A stretch of 64,000 bases of DNA from Candidatus Aenigmatarchaeota archaeon (GCA_036824555.1 DAISZX010000001.1:644-64643); one strand, 5' to 3'; positions 1 through 10,141 are shown, counted from the stretch's first letter. Made by a program: numbers and translations. The notes: generated by a model from the sequence alone, not told the origin.

Positions 1-13
1 CATCTTTATTGTA

Positions 14-361
14 GTGCTATTTATCTCGATGGCATCAACAATCTATTCGTTATATACTATGATTAGGGACTTTGTTTTGATAAACCTGAAAGCTGGAATA
101 GAGATGCCAGACTTAAATCTGCGACCAATTGATCCACCTTACCTATTTATGAGCGTTTCAACTATTTTCTGGTTAGCTAATATTGTAATTTATGCCTACA
201 TTTTCTTCATAAGTATGCATATGAGTAAGGAAAGAAGGTTTTTAAGAGGTTTTCTAGTTTACTTCGTTCAAATAATATTTTATCCTTTTGTTTTGGCCTA
301 TTCTTGGTTGTTAAGCATATGGAAAGAAATTAGGGGAGCAAGGATAAAATGGGAAAGATAA
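14..361 (+). CDS. hypothetical integral membrane protein
   Basis: ORF with several hydrophobic helices; no recognisable motif. Confidence 0.3.
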   Translation: MLFISMASTIYSLYTMIRDFVLINLKAGIEMPDLNLRPIDPPYLFMSVSTIFWLANIVIYAYIFFISMHMSKERRFLRGFLVYFVQIIFYPFVLAYSWLLSIWKEIRGARIKWER

Positions 362-1008
362 GCACGAAAATTTATTTAAAGGCAGCATTATTAACTTTGC
401 TAGTTTTCATAAGCGGGATAATAATTGGATGGTATTTAGACGAGACAAGAGTTTCATTTGTAAAATCGAAGATTGATGAGTTGGAAATAAGCTTATCGAA
501 TTTTGCTCTTGAGGAAGAGTTTTATAGAAGCGTAACTACTGATAAAAAAACGCTTTGCAACATTTACATTTCAAAAGCAAACGATTTGGCGATACAAGCT
601 GGAAAGTTGGGTAGCTACTTGGAAAGTTTTAGAGAAATAAGCAAGTTTGGTTTGCATAACATTGAAACTTTAAAAGAAAGGTATTTCATTTTAAATTTAA
701 GATTGTGGCTCTACATGAGAAAGCTTAGAGAGGAGTGTAATTATGACGTGTCAACTATCTTATTTTTCTATACCTCTGCTAAAAGGTGCGAAGATTGCAT
801 AGCGCAGGGAATCGTTTTGAATCAGCTGAAAAAAGACAATCCAGAAAAATATATGATTTTTGCTTTAGATGTTGATTCAAACCTTGGAATAATAAACTCT
901 CTAAAAATCTATTTCAACGTTACAAAATTACCAACACTAGTAATAAATGAAAATCAAAAAGTAGAGGGGTTTATTACAAAACAGGAGATAGAAAAGCTAC
1001 TAAAATAA
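349..1008 (+). CDS. membrane-anchored thioredoxin-fold protein with CxxC (CEDC) motif
   Basis: N-terminal TM helix; C-terminal pattern FFYTS-x-CEDC...PTLVIN...VEGF typical of thioredoxin fold; overlaps upstream ORF by 13 nt (operon). Confidence 0.35.
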   Translation: MGKISTKIYLKAALLTLLVFISGIIIGWYLDETRVSFVKSKIDELEISLSNFALEEEFYRSVTTDKKTLCNIYISKANDLAIQAGKLGSYLESFREISKFGLHNIETLKERYFILNLRLWLYMRKLREECNYDVSTILFFYTSAKRCEDCIAQGIVLNQLKKDNPEKYMIFALDVDSNLGIINSLKIYFNVTKLPTLVINENQKVEGFITKQEIEKLLK

Positions 1009-1037
1009 TTTATTGTCGAAGTTGTCAATATTACTAA

Positions 1038-1622
1038 ATGAGCTACAAATACGTCCCAAAAGAAGTTAGAATAAAGTTGACTAGGAAAAGGATATTTTTA
1101 GTGTTAACAATAATAGCGTTCATTTTTTCACTTTACCTAGCATTAACCTATTTAATTCAATTGTACGAATCTTCCAAACCATTGAAAAGAATAACGTATA
1201 TGGGAGTTCCGATGGAGTTCAGAGAGGATATAAGACTAGCGAAGAATATTGAAGTCTATCCTGACGAGTCTTTCATCAAATCAATTTTTTGGGGTAGAGA
1301 ATTAAAGGAAATAACTATTGGAGTTTTGAATTACACTAATGAAACGAATTTGATCGGTGTTGAGGCAGTAGAAATAACTTTTAAGTTGTCATCATTCTAT
1401 ACTCTAATGAATATGAAAGTTTCGATAAAGGGAAAGGAAATAGGGAGTATAGAGGAGATAAGAGGAAATTCTACTCATCCGGCAATAGTAATAGTTCCCC
1501 CCTCTATAGCTAATGAAACCGCAGTAAGATTAGAAGATTACAAGCTAATTATCTCTGGAAAAAGTATAAAGGAATTGGATTTGGCAACAATAAAATTTAT
1601 ACTACTTGTTCTTGGAATTTAA
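1038..1622 (+). CDS. hypothetical membrane-anchored protein
   Basis: single N-terminal TM helix, no recognisable motif. Confidence 0.3.
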   Translation: MSYKYVPKEVRIKLTRKRIFLVLTIIAFIFSLYLALTYLIQLYESSKPLKRITYMGVPMEFREDIRLAKNIEVYPDESFIKSIFWGRELKEITIGVLNYTNETNLIGVEAVEITFKLSSFYTLMNMKVSIKGKEIGSIEEIRGNSTHPAIVIVPPSIANETAVRLEDYKLIISGKSIKELDLATIKFILLVLGI

Positions 1623-1960
1623 AGTAGTTTGAGCTTACCAGTTATTTTGTCTATAATTTTTTCCTCTATCGGCCCTATTCCTATGCAAGTAACAGTTCCC
1701 CTTTTTAATTGTGTTAGGCCAGCGTCAGAAATTTTAACGTATTTTATCTTATTTGCTTTAAGCTTCCTCTCTATGCTCTCCAATTCTACTAAATCCTTAA
1801 CTTTGACAACAACCTTCTTAGCTCCTTCTTTTCTCCACTTTTCTAAAATCTCTTCATCAACTTGTAGCGCGGCTTCTAAGCTGGCATGCGCTACATGTAC
1901 TGCAAGCTTTCCCTTCCCCCAATCTAGATCCTTCCTAACGATTATGACTTGCTTAAGCAT
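1619..1960 (-). CDS. pth2: peptidyl-tRNA hydrolase, archaeal type (Pth2)
   Basis: 113 aa; VIIVRKDLDWGKGKLAVHVAHAS... matches PTH2 family signature and size. Confidence 0.85.
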   Translation of the reverse strand: MLKQVIIVRKDLDWGKGKLAVHVAHASLEAALQVDEEILEKWRKEGAKKVVVKVKDLVELESIERKLKANKIKYVKISDAGLTQLKRGTVTCIGIGPIEEKIIDKITGKLKLL

Positions 1961-1969
1961 TGATTAATT

Positions 1970-3961
1970 TTGTCTATAAGTTTTAAGCTAAGAAGAGAAT
2001 TTAAGTTTATGAACAATTTTGCTGAAAAAAGTTATTTTCTGGTGGGAAAAAAGTGCTTTTTCCATAGATATTGTGATAGCGGCTTTAAGACTAAGTGGAC
2101 TGGATTGTGGAGGCTGAGTAGAAAGTACTTAGAATATTATGCTATAAAGGTAAATGACGAATGGCTCTCCCCAACTAATATTCAAACTTTTGTTGAGGAA
2201 AAGGAGGTAGTTAAGCACATATATTCGATAAAAGATTTTATCGTTGAAGAAAGCGTTTTTGTTCCAGAAAATGAACCAATTTTGATAATAGTTCTAAACT
2301 TAAGAAATACCACAAACCAAAAAAAAGATTTGAGGATTGAGGTTGAGATAGCAGCGAATATTAGGGATTGGAATGAAGATTGGTATGAAAGAAGCTATGA
2401 TGTAACTTATAGAAAAAATTATTTTGTTGTTAATTCTGAAAAGGGAAAATTGATTTTTATTTCCTCCACAAATGGAAATTTTATTGGCTATCATTTTTAT
2501 AAGGCGCATTATCCGGATGGTAAATTGCAAAGATGTTTCGTAACAAAGAACTTCTTGATTGAGGATAAAGTTAATGAAAATGAAGAGAAAAAGTTTAGTT
2601 TTATTTTCGCTTGTGATAGTGATGAAATTTTTGAATTGGAGGCTCTACTTAAAAATTATGAGCATTTAGTTGGGGAGAAAAGGTCTATTTATAAAAAAGT
2701 CTTGGAAGAAAACAGTTTTGTATCATCGATTAATTTTCTGAACGAACTTTTTAGAATAGCTATTTTTAACATGCAAAAATCGATAGTTGATTTTAATGGT
2801 CAAAAAGTATTCATTGCTGGATATCCATGGTTTACACAAGTTTGGGGAAGAGACTCTTTACTTTCAATAGCGCTTTATCCTTTCGATGAAGAAGCATGCA
2901 GAAACACTTTAAAATTGCTAGCGAAACATCAGTCTGAAGAAGGAAAGATACCAAACTTTATTTTGTTTAATGGAGAAGTCAATTATAATTCTTCTGATGC
3001 AACCCCACTATTTCCAATAGCTTTGGAATCTTACGTAAAAAAGTTCGGCGATTTGACTTTGGTTTTCGATCTAAAAGAAAACCTTTACAAAATATTCGAA
3101 GTTTATAAAAAGAGTAAGGATGAAAATGGCTTTATTTATTCATCTAGGAATTCAACGTGGATGGATAGTTTAGAAAGGGAAGGATATTGTGTTGAGGTTC
3201 AAGTTTTTTGGCAGAAAGCATTAGAATCATTGTCAAGATTTTTTGAAATTTTGGAGGATGAAGATATGGCAAAAGAAGCAAAAGATCTTGCTAGAAATTT
3301 GAGAAAAAACATTCTTAAAAAATTTTCTAAGGATAATTACTTTTTAGATAGAATAGGCAGTAATTTAGAAACAATAAATCCTATATTTTTGATGTGTTTT
3401 GGATTAGTGGATAAGAAAGATTTGCTTAAGTACATAGAAGAAAATTTTGAAACTGAAGTCGGTTTATCAACGGTTAACAAGAATTCCATCTATTACAAAC
3501 CAAGTTCTTATCATTCTGGATGCACGTGGAGCCATTTATTGGCTTTGCTTTCCTCTATTCAATTTAGTAAAAAGAGGTGCGAAATGGCCTTAGAAAATTT
3601 GAGAAAAATATACTTAAAAAGCCAGGAGCATGCATTAAATTGTATTCCGGAGGTCTGGGATTCAGAAAGCGGGAGTTTATACGTGGATAAGCCAGTTGGG
3701 AGGGAGATTTCATCTTTCATTCAAACTTGGGGTGCAGCTTCTGTTTTAAAAGCGATAGATGAGATGCTTGGTATTGATGTAGACGCCTTGAAGAATGTAA
3801 TAAAAGTTTCTCCTAAAATGGAAGGAGAATTTAGAAGGGTTCTGAAAATTGGTGGGGATGTAGTCGAATTAGAAATAGTTTTTAGGGAAGCGAGAGTGGA
3901 TGTTAATTATAGGAGTAAGTTAAACAGGAACTATAAGATGGTCGTTTTGCCAGAAGTTTAG
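1970..3961 (+). CDS. glycogen debranching enzyme (amylo-alpha-1,6-glucosidase, GDE_C family)
   Basis: motif GYPWFTQVWGRDSLLS (WFxxxFGRD of GDE_C); 663 aa; first ATG may be too far upstream (alternative MNNFAEK). Confidence 0.7.
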   Translation: MSISFKLRREFKFMNNFAEKSYFLVGKKCFFHRYCDSGFKTKWTGLWRLSRKYLEYYAIKVNDEWLSPTNIQTFVEEKEVVKHIYSIKDFIVEESVFVPENEPILIIVLNLRNTTNQKKDLRIEVEIAANIRDWNEDWYERSYDVTYRKNYFVVNSEKGKLIFISSTNGNFIGYHFYKAHYPDGKLQRCFVTKNFLIEDKVNENEEKKFSFIFACDSDEIFELEALLKNYEHLVGEKRSIYKKVLEENSFVSSINFLNELFRIAIFNMQKSIVDFNGQKVFIAGYPWFTQVWGRDSLLSIALYPFDEEACRNTLKLLAKHQSEEGKIPNFILFNGEVNYNSSDATPLFPIALESYVKKFGDLTLVFDLKENLYKIFEVYKKSKDENGFIYSSRNSTWMDSLEREGYCVEVQVFWQKALESLSRFFEILEDEDMAKEAKDLARNLRKNILKKFSKDNYFLDRIGSNLETINPIFLMCFGLVDKKDLLKYIEENFETEVGLSTVNKNSIYYKPSSYHSGCTWSHLLALLSSIQFSKKRCEMALENLRKIYLKSQEHALNCIPEVWDSESGSLYVDKPVGREISSFIQTWGAASVLKAIDEMLGIDVDALKNVIKVSPKMEGEFRRVLKIGGDVVELEIVFREARVDVNYRSKLNRNYKMVVLPEV

Positions 3962-4674
3962 ACCTCATACAAGTTTTCGTATTTGCTTGGGTTGTTCAAT
4001 ATTTTAGATAATTTGCTTATTGAAACAGAAATTCTTTTCGCTGAAATCTTCTTTATAGAAAATTTTCCGTACTTTTTGTTTTCAACTACTTTTAGCCAGC
4101 CATCTTGTATGAATAAATGATGGGGGAATCCTCTCTTCTTAACTATGTTATAATCGTGGCCGGCGTCTTCCGGAACAATTCCAAGAATCAAGCAATCTTT
4201 CCCAATAGATATTAAACGATGAATAAACCTAGGGTGAATAAAAGCAGATGTTCCTTCTTTCATTTCAATGATTATCGATTCCTTCTTTTCTAAATCAGAA
4301 AGCAGCAGATAGCATTCGTTCTTCAAAACAGTATAAAACTCTCCTCTATTTTTTTCATGTTTGTGACCATAAGTTAAAAAAGTTTCTCCATTTTTTGTTA
4401 TAGAAAACCGACCAAATTTCAGGAGAGTTAAATCTAAATTCAACTTAAACTTATCTTTAATTTTTTTGTATACTTCTATCCCTTTCCACAAGTTATAAAC
4501 ATAATAAACAGTTGTATCACCAAAAAACTCCAAAGCCCTTTTAGCATTTTTCAAATCTAATATAACACCATCCCTTATCAACTCACTCATTTTTCTTTCC
4601 CAAAAAACTGGCATTTCTTCGAATTCTATACTAAGAGTTACATCTCCACTAACTTTCATTCCCCTGATATTCAT
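3958..4674 (-). CDS. pgiA: cupin-type glucose-6-phosphate isomerase (cPGI)
   Basis: TYGHKHEKNRGEFY metal-binding cupin motif and PEDAGHDYNIVKKRGF...WLKVVEN closely resemble the Thermococcales cPGI C-terminus. Confidence 0.8.
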   Translation of the reverse strand: MNIRGMKVSGDVTLSIEFEEMPVFWERKMSELIRDGVILDLKNAKRALEFFGDTTVYYVYNLWKGIEVYKKIKDKFKLNLDLTLLKFGRFSITKNGETFLTYGHKHEKNRGEFYTVLKNECYLLLSDLEKKESIIIEMKEGTSAFIHPRFIHRLISIGKDCLILGIVPEDAGHDYNIVKKRGFPHHLFIQDGWLKVVENKKYGKFSIKKISAKRISVSISKLSKILNNPSKYENLYEV

Positions 4675-4714
4675 TTTAAAACTTGTTTTTCACTTTAATA
4701 ATCCTCTTCCAAAA

Positions 4715-6022
4715 GTGATTATGAAAGAAAACCTTTCACCTCCAAAGGGGTTTAGGGATTTTCCGCAAGAAGATGAAATTTTAAGAAAGGAGATTTTTGC
4801 TAGAATTGAGGGGATTTTTCAAAAGTATGGGTTTGATCCTATCGAAACGCCAATAGTTGAAAAGTGGGAGACTTTATCTGGAAAATATGGAGAAGAAGCA
4901 GAAAATAGATTGATTTGGAGATTTAAATTGCCTTATAGCGAGAAAGAGTTTGGGCTGAGGTACGACCTAACAGTACCTTTAGCAAGGTTTGTTGCAAGGT
5001 TTAATCCGAGATTTCCATTTAAAAGGTATCAGATAGGGAGAGTTTTTAGATACGAAGATCCGCAAAAAGGTAGGTACAGAGAATTTTGGCAATGTGATGT
5101 TGATATCGTTGGAGAAGGTTCTCCTTTAGCTGACGCTGAAATTTTGAATGTTGTTGTGGATGTTTTTGAGGAGTTCGGTTTCAAGAACTATACCATTAAG
5201 ATCAACGATAGAAGGATCTTGGGAGAAATTTTTGAAAAGTTTCTTGGAATTAAAGATTATTCTACAATTCTCAAGATTTATAGAGCGATCGATAAACTGG
5301 ATAAAATTGGAAAAGAAAAAGTTTTTTTGATTTTAAGAGGGTTAAATCTTGAAGAAAAAGTTTTGAATCAAATAGAAAGTTTCATAGAAGCTTCCAAGCT
5401 AAACAACTATGAGATCATTAGATACTTAGAATCTTTTAATTCAAGTGAAATAAAAGCTGCGCTAGAGAGTTTTAAAAAGATCTTGGATTTCTCAAAGAAA
5501 AAGGAAAGAATAAAAATAGATTTGTCTCTTGTTAGAGGTTTGGACTATTATACAGGAATGATTTATGAGGCTGTCGTTGAAGAGCCAAAGATTGGCAGTT
5601 TGTCTGGTGGAGGGAGATATGATAATTTAATAGGAATTTTCTCTGGTAGTAAAATTCCAGCTGTTGGTGGTTCTATTGGTGTAGAAAGATTGATAGATGC
5701 TGGCTTAGAGTTGGGAATTTTCAAAAAAGAAAAGAAAACATATTCTAAGGTTGGAATTGTTTATACAAAAGATGTTGACGTTAAAAAAGTTTGGGAGATG
5801 GCTGATTACTTGAGAAATAAGGGAATAAATACTTTTATCCCTTTTGAAGGCTACTCTGGAATTTTAGATGGAATAAAAGATTTGGATAGGAGGGGAATAC
5901 AATTTGCGTTGATAGTTGGTAAGAAAGAGCTTGAAGAAGGAAAGTTGACATTACAAAATTTACTAACAAGAGAGAGAACGCTAGTTAAATTAGAAGACGT
6001 GGAAAAAATAGTCAATGGTTAA
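4715..6022 (+). CDS. hisS: histidyl-tRNA synthetase
   Basis: class II aaRS motifs, GFRDF...PIETPIVEK, GGGRYDNL; 435 aa. Confidence 0.9.
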   Translation: MIMKENLSPPKGFRDFPQEDEILRKEIFARIEGIFQKYGFDPIETPIVEKWETLSGKYGEEAENRLIWRFKLPYSEKEFGLRYDLTVPLARFVARFNPRFPFKRYQIGRVFRYEDPQKGRYREFWQCDVDIVGEGSPLADAEILNVVVDVFEEFGFKNYTIKINDRRILGEIFEKFLGIKDYSTILKIYRAIDKLDKIGKEKVFLILRGLNLEEKVLNQIESFIEASKLNNYEIIRYLESFNSSEIKAALESFKKILDFSKKKERIKIDLSLVRGLDYYTGMIYEAVVEEPKIGSLSGGGRYDNLIGIFSGSKIPAVGGSIGVERLIDAGLELGIFKKEKKTYSKVGIVYTKDVDVKKVWEMADYLRNKGINTFIPFEGYSGILDGIKDLDRRGIQFALIVGKKELEEGKLTLQNLLTRERTLVKLEDVEKIVNG

Positions 6023-6046
6023 TTTTTTCTTTCAAACCTAAAAAAT

Positions 6047-6118
6047 GGGCCGGTGGTCTAATGGTAGGACGCCGCCTTCGCAAGGCGGAGGCTCCGGGTT
6101 CAAATCCCGGCCGGTCCA
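6047..6118 (+). tRNA. tRNA-Ala (anticodon CGC)
   Basis: 72-nt cloverleaf folded by hand: acceptor GGGCCGG/CCGGTCC with G3:U70 Ala identity pair, anticodon loop TTCGCAA, T-arm CCGGG-TTCAAAT-CCCGG, A73; no encoded CCA. Confidence 0.85.
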
Positions 6119-6264
6119 AAAAAGATTTTAATTATGTTTGTCAATTTTGGTGGGATTTTAAAGATGGAATAAATGCTATTTGCTAAGTAGTTAAAGTTTC
6201 TAGATTATAGCGCATTAATATCCAATCAAAAGAAATTTAACACTTATAAACTTTGGTCAATTCT

Positions 6265-6678
6265 CTACTTTGTTGGTGCTGGCAAGTATGGTGGATATTC
6301 TTCACAATGGATAACTCTTTTGAAATCGTCGACACTTACTATGAAGAGACCAGTTTTATTAGTTCTACAAATTTCATCAGAACCTTCTTTAATTTTCTCA
6401 AACGAACATACTATATTTTTATCCTCATCAAATATCTTAACGTTTTTCAAGTCGTAATGCGCTTTTATTACGATAACTTTATCTCTACAATACAGGAAAA
6501 ACTGATCTTTAGAAAAATGCTGCTGTTCTATGTTAATTTTATAATACCAATGTGTCGCTATTCCCGCAAATATAGTTGAAGATATACCTAACAAAAGAAC
6601 GCCAACTTTGAAAAAATCTAACTTAATTTTGCTTGTATTCATAAAATAGTGTATAGGCAACAAGTTTATAAGAATCAC
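6265..6678 (-). CDS. hypothetical membrane protein
   Basis: ORF co-directional with and 4 nt overlapping the downstream Lrp gene; the overlapping + strand ORF 6253..6579 looks like its shadow. Confidence 0.3.
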   Translation of the reverse strand: MILINLLPIHYFMNTSKIKLDFFKVGVLLLGISSTIFAGIATHWYYKINIEQQHFSKDQFFLYCRDKVIVIKAHYDLKNVKIFDEDKNIVCSFEKIKEGSDEICRTNKTGLFIVSVDDFKRVIHCEEYPPYLPAPTK

Positions 6679-7094
6679 TTCAATCTCTCAATTATTATTG
6701 CCGGACAAACTCTATTTATCATCTTATTATTCTCTAATTTTTTTACAAACCTATTAAGCTCTTCGCTTGTTTTAAACACAACCTTTGCTAAAAGCATGTG
6801 ATCTCCAGCAGAGGAATACAATTCTTTAACGTCTTTATCGTTTTTTAAAACTTCTATAACTTTAATTAGATGCTCCGGTAGCGCATCAATCCCTATTAAG
6901 GCTGTCACGCTATATCCAAGTTTCTTGTAGTTAACCTCTAGAGAAAATTTTATTACCTCATTTTTTAGAAGCTTTTTTATTCTCTTTCTTACAGTAGCTT
7001 CACTAACTTTAAACTTTCTGGCGATTTTAACGAAAGGGACTCTACTATTTTTTTCTAACTCCATAATCAATTCTATATCCGAAATTCGAACCAT
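6675..7094 (-). CDS. Lrp/AsnC family transcriptional regulator
   Basis: N-terminal HTH (VKIARKFKVSEATVRKRIKKL) plus C-terminal RAM domain; 139 aa. Confidence 0.85.
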   Translation of the reverse strand: MVRISDIELIMELEKNSRVPFVKIARKFKVSEATVRKRIKKLLKNEVIKFSLEVNYKKLGYSVTALIGIDALPEHLIKVIEVLKNDKDVKELYSSAGDHMLLAKVVFKTSEELNRFVKKLENNKMINRVCPAIIIERLK

Positions 7095-7126
7095 AATGTT
7101 TATAAATTCGAACCTTTAAATACTTT

Positions 7127-7819
7127 TTGGTGGTGTGTATGGATATGGAGAAAGAGGTTCATAGGATGCCATTAATAGGAGAGAAAGCACCGTCATTCAA
7201 AGCAAAAACAACACACGGAACAATAAGCTTTCCAGAGGACTACAAAGGAAAGTGGGTAGTTCTGTTCAGCCATCCAGCAGATTTTACTCCAGTATGTACA
7301 ACAGAATTTTATGCGTTTCAAAGAAGGTATGATGAATTTAAAAAATTGAATGTTGAGCTAATTGGTTTAAGTATAGATCAAGTTTTCAGTCATATAAAGT
7401 GGGTTGAGTGGATTAAGGAAAAGTTAGGAGTCGAAATAAAGTTTCCAATAATTGCTGATGATCTAGGAAACATAGCAAAGCTTTATGGGATGATTCATCC
7501 AGGGAAAGGAACCAATACTGTTAGAGCAGTATTTATCATAGATCCAAATGGAATAATAAGAGCAATTCTCTACTATCCACAAGAAGTTGGAAGAAATATA
7601 GATGAAATCTTAAGAGTTGTTAAAGCTTTACAAGTTTCGGATAAAAACGGGGTTGCACTACCAGCTAACTGGCCAAATAATGAATTAATTGGTTCAAAGG
7701 TAATAATACCTCCAGCAACAAGCGAAAAAGAGGCTAAGGAAAGGTTAGAGAAAGCAAAGAAGAAAGAGATAGAAGCTTATGATTGGTGGTTTGCATACAA
7801 AGAAGTAAAGGCAGAGTAA
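7127..7819 (+). CDS. peroxiredoxin (AhpC/TSA family)
   Basis: [12 protein letters not shown] peroxidatic Cys motif; likely true start at internal MPLIGEKAP (about 7166). Confidence 0.9.
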   Translation: MVVCMDMEKEVHRMPLIGEKAPSFKAKTTHGTISFPEDYKGKWVVLFSHPADFTPVCTTEFYAFQRRYDEFKKLNVELIGLSIDQVFSHIKWVEWIKEKLGVEIKFPIIADDLGNIAKLYGMIHPGKGTNTVRAVFIIDPNGIIRAILYYPQEVGRNIDEILRVVKALQVSDKNGVALPANWPNNELIGSKVIIPPATSEKEAKERLEKAKKKEIEAYDWWFAYKEVKAE

Positions 7820-7954
7820 ATGAGATGGGTTTGTCAAGTTTGTGGATACGTTTACGATGAAGAAAAGGAAGGAAAGAAATTCGAAGACCTTCCAGAAAAT
7901 TGGAAATGTCCAGTTTGTGGAGCACCAAAAAATATGTTTGAACCAGAGGACTGA
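7820..7954 (+). CDS. rub: rubredoxin
   Basis: 44-aa ORF not in supplied track: [15 protein letters not shown]...[17 protein letters not shown] with two CxxCG knuckles; starts 1 nt after the peroxiredoxin stop. Confidence 0.8.
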   Translation: MRWVCQVCGYVYDEEKEGKKFEDLPENWKCPVCGAPKNMFEPED

Positions 7955-7959
7955 GAGGT

Positions 7960-8343
7960 ATGGAATTGAATAATATTATAAGGGGCGAAGATTGGAAAAA
8001 AGAAAAGCATGTTCCAGTCATAGAAGTAATAGAAAGGAAAAATGGGGCATTTGTAGTAAGGGTAACAGTTGGTAAAGAGATTCCTCATCCAAATACAACA
8101 GAGCATCACATAAGATTTATCGATCTTTACTTTTTACCAGAAGGAGAACAATTTGCATTTCACATAGGAAGACAAGAATTTAACGCTCATGGAGAATCGA
8201 CAAAAGGCCCAAATGTTAGTGGAATATATACAGAGCCAATAGCTTACTTTACATTCAAAGCAAACAAAGGAGGAAAACTTGTAGCATTTTCTTATTGTAA
8301 CATACATGGATTATGGTCGAGCGAAGAAAAACTAGAGATTTAG
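7960..8343 (+). CDS. sor: superoxide reductase (neelaredoxin/desulfoferrodoxin-type 1Fe-SOR)
   Basis: EKHVPVIEV and HPNTTEHHIRFIDLYF iron-ligand motifs; 127 aa. Confidence 0.85.
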   Translation: MELNNIIRGEDWKKEKHVPVIEVIERKNGAFVVRVTVGKEIPHPNTTEHHIRFIDLYFLPEGEQFAFHIGRQEFNAHGESTKGPNVSGIYTEPIAYFTFKANKGGKLVAFSYCNIHGLWSSEEKLEI

Positions 8344-8597
8344 AGGTTTTGAAGAAGAAGGTAAAGGAAGCAATAAGAGATTTCAATAAATACAGGTCTC
8401 CAGAAGCCAATGCGAAGCTATTGAAATTCGATAAAAAAGAAATTATCGTAGACTTCAGCGGGACTTTTTGCAGAACATGCGGCTTTTACGATTACTTCGA
8501 TGACCTAAGAATATTCCTAGAAGAGAAGGGAATAAAATCCAAAGTTTCAATGGTAGAAGAAAAGGAAAATGGAGCAGTCGTTATCTTCAGCTTGTAA
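8313..8597 (+). CDS. hypothetical small protein downstream of SOR
   Basis: 94-aa ORF overlapping the SOR 3' end by 31 nt; contains FCRTCGFYDYFDD; the true start may be the downstream TTG at about 8352. Confidence 0.3.
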   Translation: MVERRKTRDLEVLKKKVKEAIRDFNKYRSPEANAKLLKFDKKEIIVDFSGTFCRTCGFYDYFDDLRIFLEEKGIKSKVSMVEEKENGAVVIFSL

Positions 8598-8859
8598 GCT
8601 CTTTTACTTCTTCTTTACCTTTTTCCAACTCTTCTTCTTGTTCTTTATCCAATTCTACTAACAATGCTAAAAATTCTCCAACGTGTGTTTTCTCTTCTTT
8701 TGCTATATCAAGCAAAACTTTCTTCACTTTTGTATTTTTAGCTTTGCTTGCAAGCTGTTCATATAAATTGATAGCGTCTAATTCTGCTATTATTCCTACT
8801 CTAAGAATTTGCTTGTCCTCATTTGCCTTATCAATTTCACCAGGAATTTTAGACATCAT
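8587..8859 (-). CDS. small ferritin-like/rubrerythrin-like four-helix-bundle protein
   Basis: 90 aa with ELDAINLYEQLA and EEKTHVGEF (E...ExxH-like diiron half-site). Confidence 0.45.
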   Translation of the reverse strand: MMSKIPGEIDKANEDKQILRVGIIAELDAINLYEQLASKAKNTKVKKVLLDIAKEEKTHVGEFLALLVELDKEQEEELEKGKEEVKELTS

Positions 8860-8886
8860 TAATGAATTTGAGAGACAAATATAAGA

Positions 8887-10098
8887 ATGAAAGCATTTTG
8901 GATTCCTTGGTTACACATGCATCAGCCTTTGGTTTTTATTGGAGAAAAACTCGAAAGTAATTTAAAAAAGATGCTTCTATCGAAAGATTCAAAGGAAAGC
9001 TGGGACGCAAAGCTAATAGCTAGGGCATACAAAAATCCAGCAACTTATGTTGAGAAGCTCTCAAATTACAACCCAAAGTTGGTCTTAGATTTTTCAGGTA
9101 TTCTATTGGAAAGTTTAAATCAGCTTTCAGATCTTCTAGAAGATGTTTATGTTGGTAATGAAAAGGTTGGAAACATAATTGAAGCCTACAAAAGAGTTTT
9201 GAATAAATATCCAAACTCGATAGAGTTTGCCGGCTCATCATATTCCCATTGCTATTTTCCAGTTACTCCAGAGAGGGACTGGAGATGGCAAATAGAAGAA
9301 TGGCAGAATGTTTTTTCTTCTATTTTTGGGAAAAATCGCCTAAAAAAGGTAAAAGGATTTTGGCTTCCGGAGATGGGAGTTCCGTCTTATGGGGACAAAC
9401 TGGCAAAATTGATAAAGATTTTGAAAGACTTTGGATACGAATGGTTAATATTACCAATATTTGCAGTTAAGGATTATCACAAGCTTAGTTATGAGCAAAA
9501 AATTTCACTGGTCGTTAAACCGCATAAGGTTAAAATAAACGATCAAGAAATTACTGTTGTCTTCTCCACACCTTACTACTTCATAGACCAGCAGGCTGGT
9601 GTCTCAGCTTCTTACATTTATGAACAATGTTTGAAAGCATCTGAGTTTTCAAAGGATAAGCCAGCCCTAGTGATAACTGCTAGCGATGGTGAAAACGGAA
9701 ATGTGATGATGAATGAATTTTTTCCTCAAACATTTACTGAGTTTCATACCAAAATAAAGGATGATAAAGTCTCTTCTATGCTAATTTCAGAGTTTCTAGA
9801 AGAGTTCTATAAAGAGGAAAAGCTAGGAGAAGTGGAATTAAGTTTAATTGGAGCCTCGTGGGTCGGAGGACATGAGAGATGGATATGGGGAGAGAAGAGA
9901 GCGGCTATTGCTAAGAAAATAGATGAAATAAGCAAGATAGTTAATGAAAGAGTTAAAGATAAAGATTTTAAAGAGCTTTTAAAGCTATTGTTAATAGCTG
10001 AAACCAGTTGCTATGTTTATTGGGGAATAGACTATTGGTTTTCTCAGGGTGAAAAAATTTTAGAAATTTTAAAGAGCAGAATTGGAAGAAACGTTTAA
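8887..10098 (+). CDS. GH57-like glycoside hydrolase family protein
   Basis: N-terminal WLHMHQP (HxHQP signature of GH57) and GFWLPEMG candidate nucleophile region. Confidence 0.5.
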   Translation: MKAFWIPWLHMHQPLVFIGEKLESNLKKMLLSKDSKESWDAKLIARAYKNPATYVEKLSNYNPKLVLDFSGILLESLNQLSDLLEDVYVGNEKVGNIIEAYKRVLNKYPNSIEFAGSSYSHCYFPVTPERDWRWQIEEWQNVFSSIFGKNRLKKVKGFWLPEMGVPSYGDKLAKLIKILKDFGYEWLILPIFAVKDYHKLSYEQKISLVVKPHKVKINDQEITVVFSTPYYFIDQQAGVSASYIYEQCLKASEFSKDKPALVITASDGENGNVMMNEFFPQTFTEFHTKIKDDKVSSMLISEFLEEFYKEEKLGEVELSLIGASWVGGHERWIWGEKRAAIAKKIDEISKIVNERVKDKDFKELLKLLLIAETSCYVYWGIDYWFSQGEKILEILKSRIGRNV

Positions 10099-10141
10099 AA
10101 AGATTTTGGGAAATCTTTTTAAATAGAACTTAAATAATTTT

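Noticed and set aside
1629-1967. 112-aa plus-strand ORF
   Set aside because: Mirror frame of the well-supported Pth2 gene on the minus strand.
6253-6579. 108-aa plus-strand ORF
   Set aside because: Almost entirely overlaps the co-operonic minus-strand membrane protein gene upstream of Lrp; the minus-strand frame is supported by gene context (4-nt overlap with the Lrp start).
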